From an uncultured Candidatus Actinomarina sp. (GTDB lineage Bacteria; Actinomycetota; Acidimicrobiia; Actinomarinales; Actinomarinaceae): DNA of 64,000 nucleotides. A model generated the notes under the pieces. That model was not told the origin of the DNA. It saw nothing but the letters and a program-made list of their open reading frames with translations, and ran no database searches. Of the stretch, positions 37,741 through 49,384 are shown piece after piece. Each line of letters begins with the position of its first letter. Positions within the stretch are counted from its first letter, which is position 1. A program made the position numbers and the translations under genes. The DNA lies in the NCBI GenBank assembly GCA_902526825.1, contig CABZMN010000002.1, positions 90,265 through 154,264 of the forward strand, read 5' to 3'.

Positions 37741-40162
37741 ATATAAAAAAATAGAAAAGAAATGGCAAGATCATTGGGAAAATAGTGAAACTGTTAAGTG
37801 TGACTTAGAATCTGATAAACCAAAATTTTATAACCTTTGTATGTACCCATATCCCTCTGGCGATCTGCATATGGGACATATAAGGAATTATACGATCGGT
37901 GATGTTATTACTAGATATAAACAAATGAATGGTTTCAATGTTTTGTCTCCTATGGGCTGGGATTCATTTGGTCTTCCTGCCGAAAATGCAGCAATCAAAA
38001 CTGGTATTCATCCAAGAGAATTTACGGAAGAAAGAATTGCTAATATGAAATCTCAAATTATCAGATTAGGTTCTTTATATGATTGGGATAGGGAGGTTGC
38101 AGCCCACTCTATTGATTATTACAAATGGACTCAATATCTTTTTATAAAACTATTTGAAAATAATTTGGCTTATAAAGAGGACGCTCCAGTAAATTGGTGT
38201 AATTCATGCAGAACAGTTCTAGCTAATGAACAAGTTATAGAAGGCTCTTGTGAGAGATGCGATACAGCTGTCGAACCAAAAAATTTAAACCAATGGTTTC
38301 TGAAAATATCAGAATATTCTGAAGAATTATTAGAAGGCCTTGATGAGATTGGTGATTGGCCGGAAAACGTGAAGACGATGCAAAGAAACTGGATTGGAAA
38401 ATCTGAAGGATCTCAGTTTGAATTAAACATAATTGGAACAGATCTTACTTTCGATGTTTTCACAACAAGACCTGATACATTGTTTGGGATGACTTTTGCT
38501 GTTATATCTCCAGAGCACGAATTAATAAATCAAATTATGGAACAATCCGATAAAAAAGATGAGATACAAAATTATTTAGACTCAATTGTAAATAAGTCAG
38601 AATTCGAAAGAATGTCTATTACAAAAGAAAAAACCGGAGTAGATACCACTTTGAAAGTTACGAATCCAATCACAAATGTTGAAGTACCTTTATGGATAGC
38701 AGACTATGTTCTTGTGAACTATGGAACTGGTGCGATTATGGCAGTCCCAGCTCACGATGAAAGAGATTATGAATTCGCAAAAAAATACAATATTGAAATC
38801 AGACAGGTAATTATTGATAAAGAAAAAACAATAAATGTAGACAATGAAGCCTTTACAGGTAATGGAGTCCTTATCAATTCTGGAGACTTCAATGAGTTGA
38901 ACTCTCACGAAGAAGCAAGTAAAAAGATAAATGACTTTTTAGTAAAAAATAAGATTGGCGATGAAAAAACAACATATCGTTTGAGAGATTGGTTAATCAG
39001 TAGACAGAGGTATTGGGGCTGTCCAATTCCATTAATCAATTGTGATGACTGTGGATTATTACCAGAAAAATATGAAAATTTACCAGTATTACTTCCAGAA
39101 ATTAAAGATTATATAAATACAGATGGATCTCCTTTGTCCAAGAGCAAAGACTTTGTTGAAACTGATTGTCCAAAATGTTCTAAGAAAGCTCTCCGTGAAA
39201 CTGACACCATGGATACTTTTGTAGATTCATCCTGGTATTACATGAGATTCTTAGATCCAAAGAACGATAATGAACCTTTCGAATCTGATTTTATAAATGA
39301 ATGGTTACCGGTTGATCAATATATAGGTGGTGTTGAACATGCTATTCTTCACCTTCTTTATTCAAGGTTTTTTGTAAGAGCCTTGAGGGATCTTGGTTTT
39401 ATGAAAATTGATGAACCATTTCATAATCTTTTTTCTCAGGGGATGATTAACTTTGGTGGGGCAAAGATGTCAAAATCAAAAGGAAATATTGTTGATCCAG
39501 AATCATATTTTGCAACTCATGGGGCTGACGCATTAAGATTATATATTCTTTTTATGGCACCTCCTAGCGATGGGGTTGAATGGAATGATGGTGGTATAGA
39601 AGGAACTAAGAGATTCTTAAATAAGTTCTGGGATAATATGGTCAAAATTATTGATCAAAAAGACACCTCTGATACTTTTAAGTCAAATGATGAAGAAATT
39701 GAGAGAAAAATTAATCAAACAATAAAATCTATTACTCAACATCTTGAAAAATTTGAGTTTAATACAGCGGTATCTGATCTTATGAAATTAAACAATGACT
39801 TAAGCGATTATCTCAAGGAAGATAATACGATTCAAATAGATCTAAAAGATTCAATTTTACGAAATATATTAATCCTTTTATACCCAATGTCCCCCCATAT
39901 TGCTTCGGAAATATTCCAAGATTATTTTGATAGGGATATAAGTCAGGAGAAATGGCCAACCTTTGATGAAACAAAACTAGAGAATCCTGTTTATGAACTC
40001 GTGATTCAAATAAATGGAAAGAAGAGGCACGCATTAATTGTTAACACAGGAATTGAAGAAGATGAAGTTAAAGAAATTTGTACTACTAATTTTGATATTG
40101 ATTTTTCAAATGCCAAAAAAGTAATATTTATTAAAGATAAATTAATTAATATAGTTCAGTAA
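37724..40162 (+). CDS. leuS: leucyl-tRNA synthetase
   Basis: 812 aa. [11 protein letters not shown] (HIGH motif), KMSKS. Confidence 0.95.
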   Translation: MNNQFEYKKIEKKWQDHWENSETVKCDLESDKPKFYNLCMYPYPSGDLHMGHIRNYTIGDVITRYKQMNGFNVLSPMGWDSFGLPAENAAIKTGIHPREFTEERIANMKSQIIRLGSLYDWDREVAAHSIDYYKWTQYLFIKLFENNLAYKEDAPVNWCNSCRTVLANEQVIEGSCERCDTAVEPKNLNQWFLKISEYSEELLEGLDEIGDWPENVKTMQRNWIGKSEGSQFELNIIGTDLTFDVFTTRPDTLFGMTFAVISPEHELINQIMEQSDKKDEIQNYLDSIVNKSEFERMSITKEKTGVDTTLKVTNPITNVEVPLWIADYVLVNYGTGAIMAVPAHDERDYEFAKKYNIEIRQVIIDKEKTINVDNEAFTGNGVLINSGDFNELNSHEEASKKINDFLVKNKIGDEKTTYRLRDWLISRQRYWGCPIPLINCDDCGLLPEKYENLPVLLPEIKDYINTDGSPLSKSKDFVETDCPKCSKKALRETDTMDTFVDSSWYYMRFLDPKNDNEPFESDFINEWLPVDQYIGGVEHAILHLLYSRFFVRALRDLGFMKIDEPFHNLFSQGMINFGGAKMSKSKGNIVDPESYFATHGADALRLYILFMAPPSDGVEWNDGGIEGTKRFLNKFWDNMVKIIDQKDTSDTFKSNDEEIERKINQTIKSITQHLEKFEFNTAVSDLMKLNNDLSDYLKEDNTIQIDLKDSILRNILILLYPMSPHIASEIFQDYFDRDISQEKWPTFDETKLENPVYELVIQINGKKRHALIVNTGIEEDEVKEICTTNFDIDFSNAKKVIFIKDKLINIVQ

Positions 40163-40840
40163 GTGACAAAGTTAATAATTACAGAAAACTTAATTTCAGA
40201 TATCAACCAAATAAAATCTGAAATAAATATCGATGAAAGTATTGTATCAATTTCTCAAGAAGAATTTACCGCGAACAATACTGCAGCTTTATTCCAAAGT
40301 GATAATTTCCAATTTGTATCAGATAGTTTCGTAACATACAGTGATTTAAAAAAAATTAATTATGATTTTAAAGAAAAATATATTTTTCAAGTTAAAAAAA
40401 ATAATTTAAAAACATTCTCAGCTGTTGCTGAATTAATTGAAACACATTATCCAGAAAACAAAAAAAGTACTGAGATTTACCCTTGGGACTTGGTAAATAT
40501 TATTTTTTCAAAGCAAAAAAAATTAACAAATGAAATTATTGATAAATTCTGTAATGACGAGACAGTATTTAGACAATTCATGTCGTATTTCAACAAAGAG
40601 CTTCAAAGATTGTTATTAATTTATAAATACGATGAAAAAAAAGTCGCAGAAGTACTTTCTGAAAAAGTAGATTACAAGTATGAGCTTGCTCAAAAAAGAA
40701 GAGACAAGTTAAATGTCATAGATTTAGAAAATTCTTTAAGTATGATTTATAAGATCGAAAAATTAAATACTAATTCGTCATTTAATCAAGAAAATGCAAA
40801 ACGTTTTGTGGTTTCTATAAAAAATCTACTACAGTTTTGA
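40163..40840 (+). CDS. hypothetical protein, possible shortened DNA polymerase III delta subunit
   Basis: No motif recognised. It occupies the holA slot between leuS and rpsT/lepA of actinobacterial synteny but is only 225 aa. GTG start immediately after the leuS stop. Confidence 0.35.
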   Translation: MTKLIITENLISDINQIKSEINIDESIVSISQEEFTANNTAALFQSDNFQFVSDSFVTYSDLKKINYDFKEKYIFQVKKNNLKTFSAVAELIETHYPENKKSTEIYPWDLVNIIFSKQKKLTNEIIDKFCNDETVFRQFMSYFNKELQRLLLIYKYDEKKVAEVLSEKVDYKYELAQKRRDKLNVIDLENSLSMIYKIEKLNTNSSFNQENAKRFVVSIKNLLQF

Positions 40841-41065
40841 AATTCGGGATTTATTTCTATCTCTATAATTTTTAGTTATTATACCGTTGGAATAAGCTCT
40901 ATCTAAATTTTTGATTACAGTATCTTTCTGTTCTTTTTCAACATCACTTTCCGAATTTAATATAGCTTTAATAGATGATCTTAGAGCTGTTTTTTTGTTC
41001 TTATTTCTAAGATTTTTCTTCTCGTCTTGTCTAATTCTCTTTTTTTGGGATTTAATATTTGCCAT
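40829..41065 (-). CDS. rpsT: 30S ribosomal protein S20
   Basis: MANIKSQKKRIRQDEKKNLRNK N-terminus. 78 aa. Confidence 0.93.
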   Translation of the reverse strand: MANIKSQKKRIRQDEKKNLRNKNKKTALRSSIKAILNSESDVEKEQKDTVIKNLDRAYSNGIITKNYRDRNKSRISKL

Positions 41066-41104
41066 CTAAAACCTCTTGGTATATAAGATAATAACTTATT
41101 AAAG

Positions 41105-42883
41105 ATGTTAACAAATAAAAATATAAGAAATATTTCGATTATTGCACATGTTGATCATGGTAAATCTACTTTAGCTGACAGGCTTATTGAATTATCTGGA
41201 TTAATTACTCCTGGTGATCATAATGACCAAATTCTGGACAACATGGATCTTGAGAGAGAAAGAGGTATTACCATTAAATCTCAACCGATAAGATTAATCT
41301 TTGATGATTTAGTTATAAACTTAATTGATACACCCGGACACGTAGATTTTTCTTATGAAGTTTCCAGAGCTTTAATTGCTTGTGATGGAGCATTATTACT
41401 TGTAGATGGAACAAAAGGTGTACAAGCTCAGACTTTTGCACATTCCTATGCAGCTATTGAAGCTGGATTAGATATTATTCCTGTCATTAACAAAATAGAT
41501 TCTGTTGATGCTGATATATCAAATGTATCTCAACAAATACACAATCTAATTGGTTCTAAGGATGAAGAAATTTTCAATATTTCTGCAAAAACTGGAGATG
41601 GAGTTCCAGAACTTATATCAGAAATTCCAAACTTAATAACTGCTCCAATTGAGAAATCCGATAAGGTAAATGCACTAATTTTTGATTCATACTTTGATTC
41701 TTACAAAGGAGTTGTAGCTTCAGTAAGGGTATTTGGTGGCGAGATTAAAAAAGATATGAATTTAAAACTTGTTAATTCAGGATTTAAATTTGATGCAAAT
41801 GATATCGGATATTTTGATTTGAACTTGCAGAAATCTGATAGTTTAAACTTTGGCGAAGTTGGATACATCGTTACTGGTGCTAAAGATTTATCTCAAATAA
41901 GAGTTGGAGACACTTTAGTCACTGGAGAAGATGAGAAGCCAATAATATTGTCAGAATATGAAGAATCTCAACCTACAGTTTTTTCGAGTATATTTCCTTC
42001 AGACTCTGATGATTTTACAAAACTAAGGGAATCGTTGGATAAATATGTATTAAATGATGCAAGCTTTGTTTTTGAACCAGAAACCTCTTCTGCCTTCGGA
42101 TTTGGATTTAGATGTGGATTTTTGGGCCTTTTGCATTTAGAGATTGTTATTGAACGATTAGAGAGAGAATTCGACCTATCTCTGATTGTGACCCCACCAT
42201 CAGTAGAGTTTAAGCTTATAAGGAATAATGACGAAGAAAGAGTTATAAGAAACCCATCTATTCTTGATGAATATACTGATATAAAAAAATTACAAGAGAG
42301 AATTTGTGAAGTAGATTTATTATTTCCAAAAGAGTATCTTGGCGCAATTTTGACGCTCTTAAATGATAAAAGAGGCATACAGGAAGATCTAACTTACCTA
42401 AGTACGACAATGGTCAAGCTTAAATATAAGCTACCTCTGCTAGAGCTAGTCTCAGGATTTTATGATTCACTTAAATCTATCTCACAGGGTTTTGCATCAA
42501 TTGACTATAAAATTTTAGGATTTGAAGACGGAAGTTTGGTCAAACTAGATATTCTTGTTAATGGTATGGTGGTAGATTCATTTAGTTCGATTCTTTCAAA
42601 AGACAGTGCAGAATATGTTGGGAGAAATAGGGTAAAAAAATTAGCTGATCTAATCCCACGTCAACAATTTGATATACCAATTCAAGCTGCGATAGGTTCA
42701 AGAATTATATCTAGAGAAACTGTAAAAGCCCTCCGAAAGGATGTTACTGCAAAACTATATGGAGGAGATGTTACTAGAAAGAGGAAACTTTTAGAAAAGC
42801 AAAAAGAAGGTAAGAAAAAGATGAGAAGCATTGGAAGGGTAGAAGTACCCAAAGAGGCCTTTAAAGAGTTTTTAAAACAATAG
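41105..42883 (+). CDS. lepA: translation elongation factor 4 (LepA)
   Basis: IIAHVDHGKST, DTPGHVDF, and C-terminal LepA-specific domain. Confidence 0.95.
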   Translation: MLTNKNIRNISIIAHVDHGKSTLADRLIELSGLITPGDHNDQILDNMDLERERGITIKSQPIRLIFDDLVINLIDTPGHVDFSYEVSRALIACDGALLLVDGTKGVQAQTFAHSYAAIEAGLDIIPVINKIDSVDADISNVSQQIHNLIGSKDEEIFNISAKTGDGVPELISEIPNLITAPIEKSDKVNALIFDSYFDSYKGVVASVRVFGGEIKKDMNLKLVNSGFKFDANDIGYFDLNLQKSDSLNFGEVGYIVTGAKDLSQIRVGDTLVTGEDEKPIILSEYEESQPTVFSSIFPSDSDDFTKLRESLDKYVLNDASFVFEPETSSAFGFGFRCGFLGLLHLEIVIERLEREFDLSLIVTPPSVEFKLIRNNDEERVIRNPSILDEYTDIKKLQERICEVDLLFPKEYLGAILTLLNDKRGIQEDLTYLSTTMVKLKYKLPLLELVSGFYDSLKSISQGFASIDYKILGFEDGSLVKLDILVNGMVVDSFSSILSKDSAEYVGRNRVKKLADLIPRQQFDIPIQAAIGSRIISRETVKALRKDVTAKLYGGDVTRKRKLLEKQKEGKKKMRSIGRVEVPKEAFKEFLKQ

Positions 42884-42884
42884 T

Positions 42885-43517
42885 ATGCACACCCCTACAG
42901 TTTTTGATTCAAAAATATTAGATACTTTCAAAGAGTTACAACTTTCTGATGAAAAATTACATCATTTAAAAAATGTTTTGAGGATTAAAGATATGGATGA
43001 AATAAAGATATCAAATGGGAAAGGAAAAATTTATTTTGGAAACTTAAAAGGAAATGTTGTTTCATTAAAATCTAATCAAGAATTTGAAAGAAAAAATGAT
43101 ATTGATGTATTTATTTCTTTCATTCAAGATAAAGATAGGCTTCGTTTTATTGTTGAAAAATTAACGGAGCTATCTGTAAGTTCAATTAATTTCGGCCCTA
43201 CAGATCATTCACAAAAAATAAAAGTTGATTTAGATAAGTTTAATATGTGGTCTATCTCAGCAGTAGAGCAATCAGGAAGCGCATTTAAACCAGATATATT
43301 TATTTCAAATAATTTGGATTTTGAAAAATTTAATCACGGTCTAGATATTACTGGTAAACATATTAAAGAAAACAACAGTATGAAAAACATAGCTATTGGC
43401 CCTGAAGGTGGCTGGTCTAATAACGAGAAAGATAAATTTAAATACTTATCAAATATTGGTGATTTTACCTTAAGAACAGAGACAGCCTCAATACTTGGTG
43501 TATCCTTATTGATGTAA
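42885..43517 (+). CDS. rsmE: 16S rRNA (uracil1498-N3)-methyltransferase
   Basis: IAIGPEGGWS motif. 210 aa. Confidence 0.8.
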   Translation: MHTPTVFDSKILDTFKELQLSDEKLHHLKNVLRIKDMDEIKISNGKGKIYFGNLKGNVVSLKSNQEFERKNDIDVFISFIQDKDRLRFIVEKLTELSVSSINFGPTDHSQKIKVDLDKFNMWSISAVEQSGSAFKPDIFISNNLDFEKFNHGLDITGKHIKENNSMKNIAIGPEGGWSNNEKDKFKYLSNIGDFTLRTETASILGVSLLM

Positions 43518-43525
43518 AATATAAT

Positions 43526-43867
43526 ATGGAAGAAAAATCAGTATTTGAGATGATTCTAAATAAAGAAATAGAATCAGAAATAATTTACGAAGATGACGAT
43601 GTATTTTCAATTCAAGACATAAATCCTGTTGCTAGAATTCATCTACTAATAATTCCCAAAAAAAGAATAAATACAATAAATAATTTATCTGATGAGGACA
43701 CATTGTTAGTTGGAAAGATTATACAAGTAGCTAAAGATTTAGCAAAAAAATATGAAATAGATGAGAGTGGCTATAGATTAATATTTAACACTAATGATGA
43801 TGGTGGACAGACTGTTTATCATATACATCTCCATTTAATTGGAGGAGAAAAATTGAAGGCTTTCTAA
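43526..43867 (+). CDS. HIT-family nucleotide hydrolase
   Basis: Histidine triad HIHLHLIGG. 113 aa. Confidence 0.88.
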   Translation: MEEKSVFEMILNKEIESEIIYEDDDVFSIQDINPVARIHLLIIPKKRINTINNLSDEDTLLVGKIIQVAKDLAKKYEIDESGYRLIFNTNDDGGQTVYHIHLHLIGGEKLKAF

Positions 43868-44799
43868 TGGTTGTTGAAAAAGTCATACCTAATAATATTG
43901 AATTAATTAATTTGTTTGGAATTAATGACAATAATTTAAAATATATAAAAAAAATTTTTCCGGCATTAAAAATTAATGCGAGGGGAAACATTCTTTATAT
44001 AGATGGAAACAAGGATAGGGTAGAAAAACTAGTCAGTTTAATCGATGAAATGGTTGCTCTAAATCAAAATAATCAGACTGTCGACATACCTGATATCGAA
44101 CTTTTGATGAATATGAATGGGACATTAAATGGTAATGGAAAAAAATTAAGCACAATAAGCATTACAAATAATAAGTCCATAAAAGTTAAAAATGTGAGTC
44201 AATACAAATATATAGAAACAATTATGAATTCAACTGTCACATTTGGGGTTGGACCTGCTGGAACAGGAAAAACATTTTTAGCAGTTGCTAGTGCAGTAAA
44301 AATGTACTCTGAAGACCAGATAAAGAAAATTGTTCTTACTAGGCCAGCAGTAGAAGCAGGAGAAAAATTGGGATTTCTACCTGGTGACTTATCTCAAAAA
44401 ATTGATCCCTACTTGGTACCATTATTTGATTCTTTAGAGTACTTTTTTGGTAATGAAAACCTGGAGTATTTAATCGAAAAAAGAAATATTGAAATCGTTC
44501 CACTTGCTTACATGAGAGGTAGAACTTTAAACAACGCATGTATTATTCTTGATGAAGCACAAAATGCCACCTCAGGACAAATAAAAATGTTTCTAACAAG
44601 ACTAGGAGAGAATTCTAAAGTAATTATCACCGGTGATGAATCACAAATAGATCTTTATAATACTGATAACTCAGGTCTAAAAAGAACAAGAAAAGCACTT
44701 TCTAATATTGATGAAATATCTGTCATGGAATTTGATAATGCTGATATTGTCAGAAATCCTATTGTTTCAAAAATTTTAGAGGTATTTCCAAAAAAATAA
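43867..44799 (+). CDS. phoH: PhoH-like ATPase
   Basis: GPAGTGKTFLA, ILDEAQN. phoH-pgpH-ybeY synteny. Confidence 0.9.
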   Translation: MVVEKVIPNNIELINLFGINDNNLKYIKKIFPALKINARGNILYIDGNKDRVEKLVSLIDEMVALNQNNQTVDIPDIELLMNMNGTLNGNGKKLSTISITNNKSIKVKNVSQYKYIETIMNSTVTFGVGPAGTGKTFLAVASAVKMYSEDQIKKIVLTRPAVEAGEKLGFLPGDLSQKIDPYLVPLFDSLEYFFGNENLEYLIEKRNIEIVPLAYMRGRTLNNACIILDEAQNATSGQIKMFLTRLGENSKVIITGDESQIDLYNTDNSGLKRTRKALSNIDEISVMEFDNADIVRNPIVSKILEVFPKK

Positions 44800-46973
44800 T
44801 GAGAAATTCCTTTTCTTTTGGTGTAAAACTTTTATACATTACAATTTTCGGTGGTTTAGTGTGGTTTATTTCATTCTCAATATTTCCTGAAAATCAAGTA
44901 ATAAAAATAAGTATTGGGGAGGAATCACCTTCAACATTTGTTGCTCCAAAATATATAGAAATTGTGGATGAAGAGCAAACTGATGAAAATATCGCCAAAG
45001 CTGTTGATTCAGTTAATCCAATATATTCAATAAATTCAGATCTTAATCAAACGGTTTTAAATGGAATTACAAGTATGTTTCTGACAGTCATTGAGGCAAG
45101 AACAGAAGAAGTCCTAGTATCAAGTGATCAAGATACAGTTGGTGAGAGTACGGAACCAGTAGTTGAGGTTGTTGAGTTAAATAAAATTCAGCAGATAGAA
45201 AAAATTGCAAGTTCATTATTGTTCTCAACAATTTCAACTGCGAATATCGAAGTCCTTGTTGAGATATCAAATTATGATTTATTAAACAAAACAGGATATC
45301 TTTCTCAGTTAGAACTTGAGGCAAAAAGCTTAGCAAGTGACATTCTCCAAGTTGGTATCAACAATGATAATTTAAATCAAACAAGACAGAATCTTGTATC
45401 AAATCCACCATATTTAGATCTATCAAGTGAGTTATTCGCATTAATCCCAGAAAGTAGATTAAGATCTTCTGTTGCAGAATTAATAGCAGAAAATTTAACA
45501 GTCAATCAAAAACTTGAACAAGAACTATGGGATGAGCAAAAACAAAAAGTTGCAGATTCAATTGATCCTGTAATTATTAAATATTTTGAAGAGGACATAG
45601 TAGTTAGTGAGGGTGAAAAAATTAACCCTGTCCAATACAACGCACTAGATAATTTTGGATATTTATCAGGGGAGTCAAGGAGTATACAAACTGCAGCAAT
45701 ACCAATAATCTTTTCAGTTTTTGTTCTAATTTATTTCTTATTGTGGAGATTTAAAGATTCTATGTGGAACAATAACAATCAATTTTTATTGTTATTAACA
45801 CTAATACTTATTTCATCAATATTTTTGAGAGGTATTTCATATTTTTCTCAAAGTTTAGACTTAAATTATTTGAAATATGCTGTTCCAATTTCTTTTGTAG
45901 GTGTAGTTTCGGCTGTTTTACTAAATTTAAGAGCAACACTTATTTTGTCACTTTCAAGTTCATTGTTAGCTCTTGCTGGTGGAGGAAACATAGGTCTTGT
46001 TGCTATGGGAGCTGTACTTACAGTTGTACCTTCAATATTTCTCTCAGAGGATATAGACAGAATTACTTTGAGGCAAAGAATAATTTACATTACCTTATCT
46101 CAACCAGTAGTCGCTTTTGGAATATTCTTTTTCTTAAGAGAAAATTTCAGCTTTGTTGAAATTTTTGTATCTTCTTTACTAGGAGGGTTAGTCGGTAATT
46201 TAGCAGCATTTTCACTCATAAATTATATTGAATTGGCATTTAGATTAACTACAAATTTTAGGCTTTCAGAAATTGCAGATAGAAACCACCCAGGACTTAG
46301 ATATTTAGAAGAAAAAGCTTTAGGGACATTCAATCACTCCCTTGTCGTTGGAACACTTGGGGATAGGGCAGCAAATCTCATAGGTGCAAATTCACAACTA
46401 GTAAGAGCTATGGCCTATTTTCACGATTTAGGAAAAACTGAAAACCCGTCAATGTTTGTAGAAAATCAGTTTGGATCAAGTAACCCACATGATAATTTAT
46501 CTTCAAATGAATCAGTAGAAATTATCAGATCACACGTGACAGATGGTGTGAAATTAGCCAAAAAATTCAAAATCCCTGAAGCAGTTTACAGAGGGATAAT
46601 CGAACACCACGGTGATTCAGTGATGAGGTATTTTTATGAAAAAGAAAAACTTACAAACCCAGAAGTCACAAAAGATGATTTTAGACACCTTGGAGAAAAG
46701 CCAAGTTCAAAAGAAACTGTAATTTTAATGTTTGCAGACGCTCTGGAGGCAGCATGTAGAGCAAGATTTCAATATGAAGATGCCGATGTAGATAAAATAT
46801 CTAATTTAGTCAATGAAATTTTTGAAGAAAAGATCAACGATGGTCAATTACTGAATGCGCCCATAACTTTCCAAGATCTTGAAAAAATTAAACAGTCATT
46901 TCAAGCAAGCTTGGAAGGACTTTATCATCAAAGAGTTTTGTACCCAGAATTCACAAAAGATGAAGAAGAATAA
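44799..46973 (+). CDS. 7TM-receptor HD-domain phosphohydrolase (PgpH/YqfF-like)
   Basis: Extracellular domain, seven TM helices, and an HD domain (FNHSLVV, YFHDLGK, EHHG). Confidence 0.82.
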   Translation: MRNSFSFGVKLLYITIFGGLVWFISFSIFPENQVIKISIGEESPSTFVAPKYIEIVDEEQTDENIAKAVDSVNPIYSINSDLNQTVLNGITSMFLTVIEARTEEVLVSSDQDTVGESTEPVVEVVELNKIQQIEKIASSLLFSTISTANIEVLVEISNYDLLNKTGYLSQLELEAKSLASDILQVGINNDNLNQTRQNLVSNPPYLDLSSELFALIPESRLRSSVAELIAENLTVNQKLEQELWDEQKQKVADSIDPVIIKYFEEDIVVSEGEKINPVQYNALDNFGYLSGESRSIQTAAIPIIFSVFVLIYFLLWRFKDSMWNNNNQFLLLLTLILISSIFLRGISYFSQSLDLNYLKYAVPISFVGVVSAVLLNLRATLILSLSSSLLALAGGGNIGLVAMGAVLTVVPSIFLSEDIDRITLRQRIIYITLSQPVVAFGIFFFLRENFSFVEIFVSSLLGGLVGNLAAFSLINYIELAFRLTTNFRLSEIADRNHPGLRYLEEKALGTFNHSLVVGTLGDRAANLIGANSQLVRAMAYFHDLGKTENPSMFVENQFGSSNPHDNLSSNESVEIIRSHVTDGVKLAKKFKIPEAVYRGIIEHHGDSVMRYFYEKEKLTNPEVTKDDFRHLGEKPSSKETVILMFADALEAACRARFQYEDADVDKISNLVNEIFEEKINDGQLLNAPITFQDLEKIKQSFQASLEGLYHQRVLYPEFTKDEEE

Positions 46974-46976
46974 ATA

Positions 46977-47420
46977 TTGAAAATTGTTTTTAACGGTTAT
47001 TTTTATAAAAATGAAAAATTAAAAGTAGCCCAAGCTGTAAAAATTTTTTCTAAGAATTTCAAAATATCAAGAAATTTTCATTTTACGGTTCATTCTCTAA
47101 ATGAAAGTGAATCAAAAAAATTAAATAAAAAAACATTTAACAAAAACAAGCCAACAGATGTTTTGTCTTTTCCTTTATACAACGACATTGAAGCTATAAA
47201 TCAATTAGATGAAAGTATGTATGAAGATATGGGTGATATGTTCATTTGTCGAAATGTTATTAAAAAGAATGCAGAAATCTACGATAAAGATTTTGTTGAA
47301 GAACTACAATATATTGTAATTCATGGGCTTTTACATTTAATTGGTTACTCACATGAAAAAAATGACAAATTAAAGACGTATGAATCAAAACTTATGAAGA
47401 AAATTTGGAATGAATCTTAA
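46977..47420 (+). CDS. ybeY: rRNA maturation endoribonuclease YbeY
   Basis: HGLLHLIGYSHE zinc motif. TTG start. Confidence 0.88.
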   Translation: MKIVFNGYFYKNEKLKVAQAVKIFSKNFKISRNFHFTVHSLNESESKKLNKKTFNKNKPTDVLSFPLYNDIEAINQLDESMYEDMGDMFICRNVIKKNAEIYDKDFVEELQYIVIHGLLHLIGYSHEKNDKLKTYESKLMKKIWNES

Positions 47421-48108
47421 GGATATAAATCTTAATCACATTGCCATAATTATGGATGGTAATGGTAGATGGGCAACCAACCAGGGATTAGAGAGAACAG
47501 CAGGACATGCTGCTGGTGAATTCTCACTTTCACGTTCAATTGATTGGGCACTTAAAAACAATCTGGAATGGCTAACGGTTTATGCTTTTTCAACTGAAAA
47601 TTGGTCAAGGTCCGAAGATGAAGTTGATTTTTTAATGTTTTTTAATCGTGATATTTTAACCAGGAGAAGAGAAGAATTTAATGATAAAGGTGTCCGATTT
47701 CATTTTATTGGTGATTTAGAAGACAATAGAATTCCTGATGAAAATAAATTTCTGATGAATGAAACTGAACAATTGACCAAGAACAATAAAAAGTTGAATC
47801 TTGTATTTGCATTTAACTATGGTTCAAGAAAAGAAATTCATGATGCTTATACAAAATTAAATAAAAATGCTATTGATCAATTAGATGAAGAATCATTTCG
47901 AGCTAATTTATTATTACCTGAAATGCCAGACCCAGATTTATTAATACGTACAGCAGGGGAGAAGAGAGTAAGTAATTTTCTTCTCTATCAATTAAGCTAC
48001 ACTGAGCTTATGTTTGTGGATACTCTATGGCCTGATTTTGATGAAAAAGAATTAGATTCGGCCGTTGATGAATTTCAGAATAGAGTAAGAAAGTATGGAA
48101 ATGCCTGA
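47410..48108 (+). CDS. uppS: undecaprenyl diphosphate synthase
   Basis: IAIIMDGNGRWA, and RTAGEKRVSNFLLYQLSYTEL. Confidence 0.93.
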   Translation: MNLKDINLNHIAIIMDGNGRWATNQGLERTAGHAAGEFSLSRSIDWALKNNLEWLTVYAFSTENWSRSEDEVDFLMFFNRDILTRRREEFNDKGVRFHFIGDLEDNRIPDENKFLMNETEQLTKNNKKLNLVFAFNYGSRKEIHDAYTKLNKNAIDQLDEESFRANLLLPEMPDPDLLIRTAGEKRVSNFLLYQLSYTELMFVDTLWPDFDEKELDSAVDEFQNRVRKYGNA

Positions 48109-49384
48109 AGAAATATTTGACAAGGTTGTAAAAATTGCTCAATCAAGAGGATTTGTATTTAATGCTTCATCAATATATGGAGGATTAAGAAGTTCTTATG
48201 ATTACGGCCCATTAGGAGTACTTCTTAAAAATAATATAGAAAAGATGTGGTGGAAAAGTATCAGTAATTTAGAAGTTGAAATTTATCCAATAGATACTGC
48301 CATTATACAATCAAGCGATGTTTGGAAAGCATCGGGTCATGTAGGCGAATTTACCGATCCAATGGTTGACCATAAACCTACAGGTGAAAGATTTAGAGCT
48401 GATCAGGTACCAGATCATATTAAGAAAGAGGAATTAACGGAACCACGTCAATTCAACTTGATGTTTCAGACAAACATTGGCCCTGTTGAAAATGAAAACT
48501 CAACTGTTTATTTAAGACCAGAAACTGCACAAGGCATATTTGTAAATTTTGAAAATGTTCTGAGAACAATGAGAGCAAAAATACCTTTTGGAATTGGAAA
48601 TATTGGAAAGTCATTTCGAAACGAAATTACACCTGGACAATTTATTTTTAGGACAAGAGAGTTTGAACAAATGGAGATTGAATTCTTTTGTGATGAGAGT
48701 GAAGAGGACAAATGGTTTGTTTATTGGATTGAAAATAGACTTAATTGGTACAAAAACCTGGGTATTCCTGAAAATAAATTAAGAATAAGAGAACATGATG
48801 AATCTGAACTAGCTCATTATGCTAAGAAAACATCAGATATTGAGTTTGAATATCCTTGGGGATGGGGTGAACTTGAAGGAATTGCCAATCGAGGCAATTA
48901 TGATTTGAATGCTCATCAAGAAAGTAGTGGTAAGGATTTGAGATATTTTGATCCAAATAGTGATAACAAATTTACTCCATCTGTTATCGAGCCTGCTGGA
49001 GGCCTTACTCGTACTTTATTTGCGGTTTTACTTTCATTGTATGAAGAAGAAGAACTAGAAAAAGAGGTAAGGACTCTATTTAAATTTAAATTTGACCTCG
49101 CTCCAATTCAAATTGGGATTCTGCCATTAAGTAAAAAAGAAGAATTAATCGAAGTATGTAATTCTATTAAATCTGAACTGGGTCCATATTTCAGAACAGA
49201 AATTGATGTAACTCAATCTATTGGGAAACGCTATAGAAGACAGGATGAAATTGGGACTCCTTATTGTATAACTGTAGATTTTGAGACATTAGAAGACAAG
49301 GCCGTAACTGTACGAGATAGAGATAGTATGTCACAAGAGAGAATTAAAATCGAAGATATAAAAAGCTATTTTGACAATATGTAA
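48095..49384 (+). CDS. glyQS: glycyl-tRNA synthetase (class II, single-chain dimeric type)
   Basis: RGFVFNASSIYGG, YLRPETAQG, FRNEITP, GLTR motifs. Confidence 0.9.
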   Translation: MEMPEEIFDKVVKIAQSRGFVFNASSIYGGLRSSYDYGPLGVLLKNNIEKMWWKSISNLEVEIYPIDTAIIQSSDVWKASGHVGEFTDPMVDHKPTGERFRADQVPDHIKKEELTEPRQFNLMFQTNIGPVENENSTVYLRPETAQGIFVNFENVLRTMRAKIPFGIGNIGKSFRNEITPGQFIFRTREFEQMEIEFFCDESEEDKWFVYWIENRLNWYKNLGIPENKLRIREHDESELAHYAKKTSDIEFEYPWGWGELEGIANRGNYDLNAHQESSGKDLRYFDPNSDNKFTPSVIEPAGGLTRTLFAVLLSLYEEEELEKEVRTLFKFKFDLAPIQIGILPLSKKEELIEVCNSIKSELGPYFRTEIDVTQSIGKRYRRQDEIGTPYCITVDFETLEDKAVTVRDRDSMSQERIKIEDIKSYFDNM

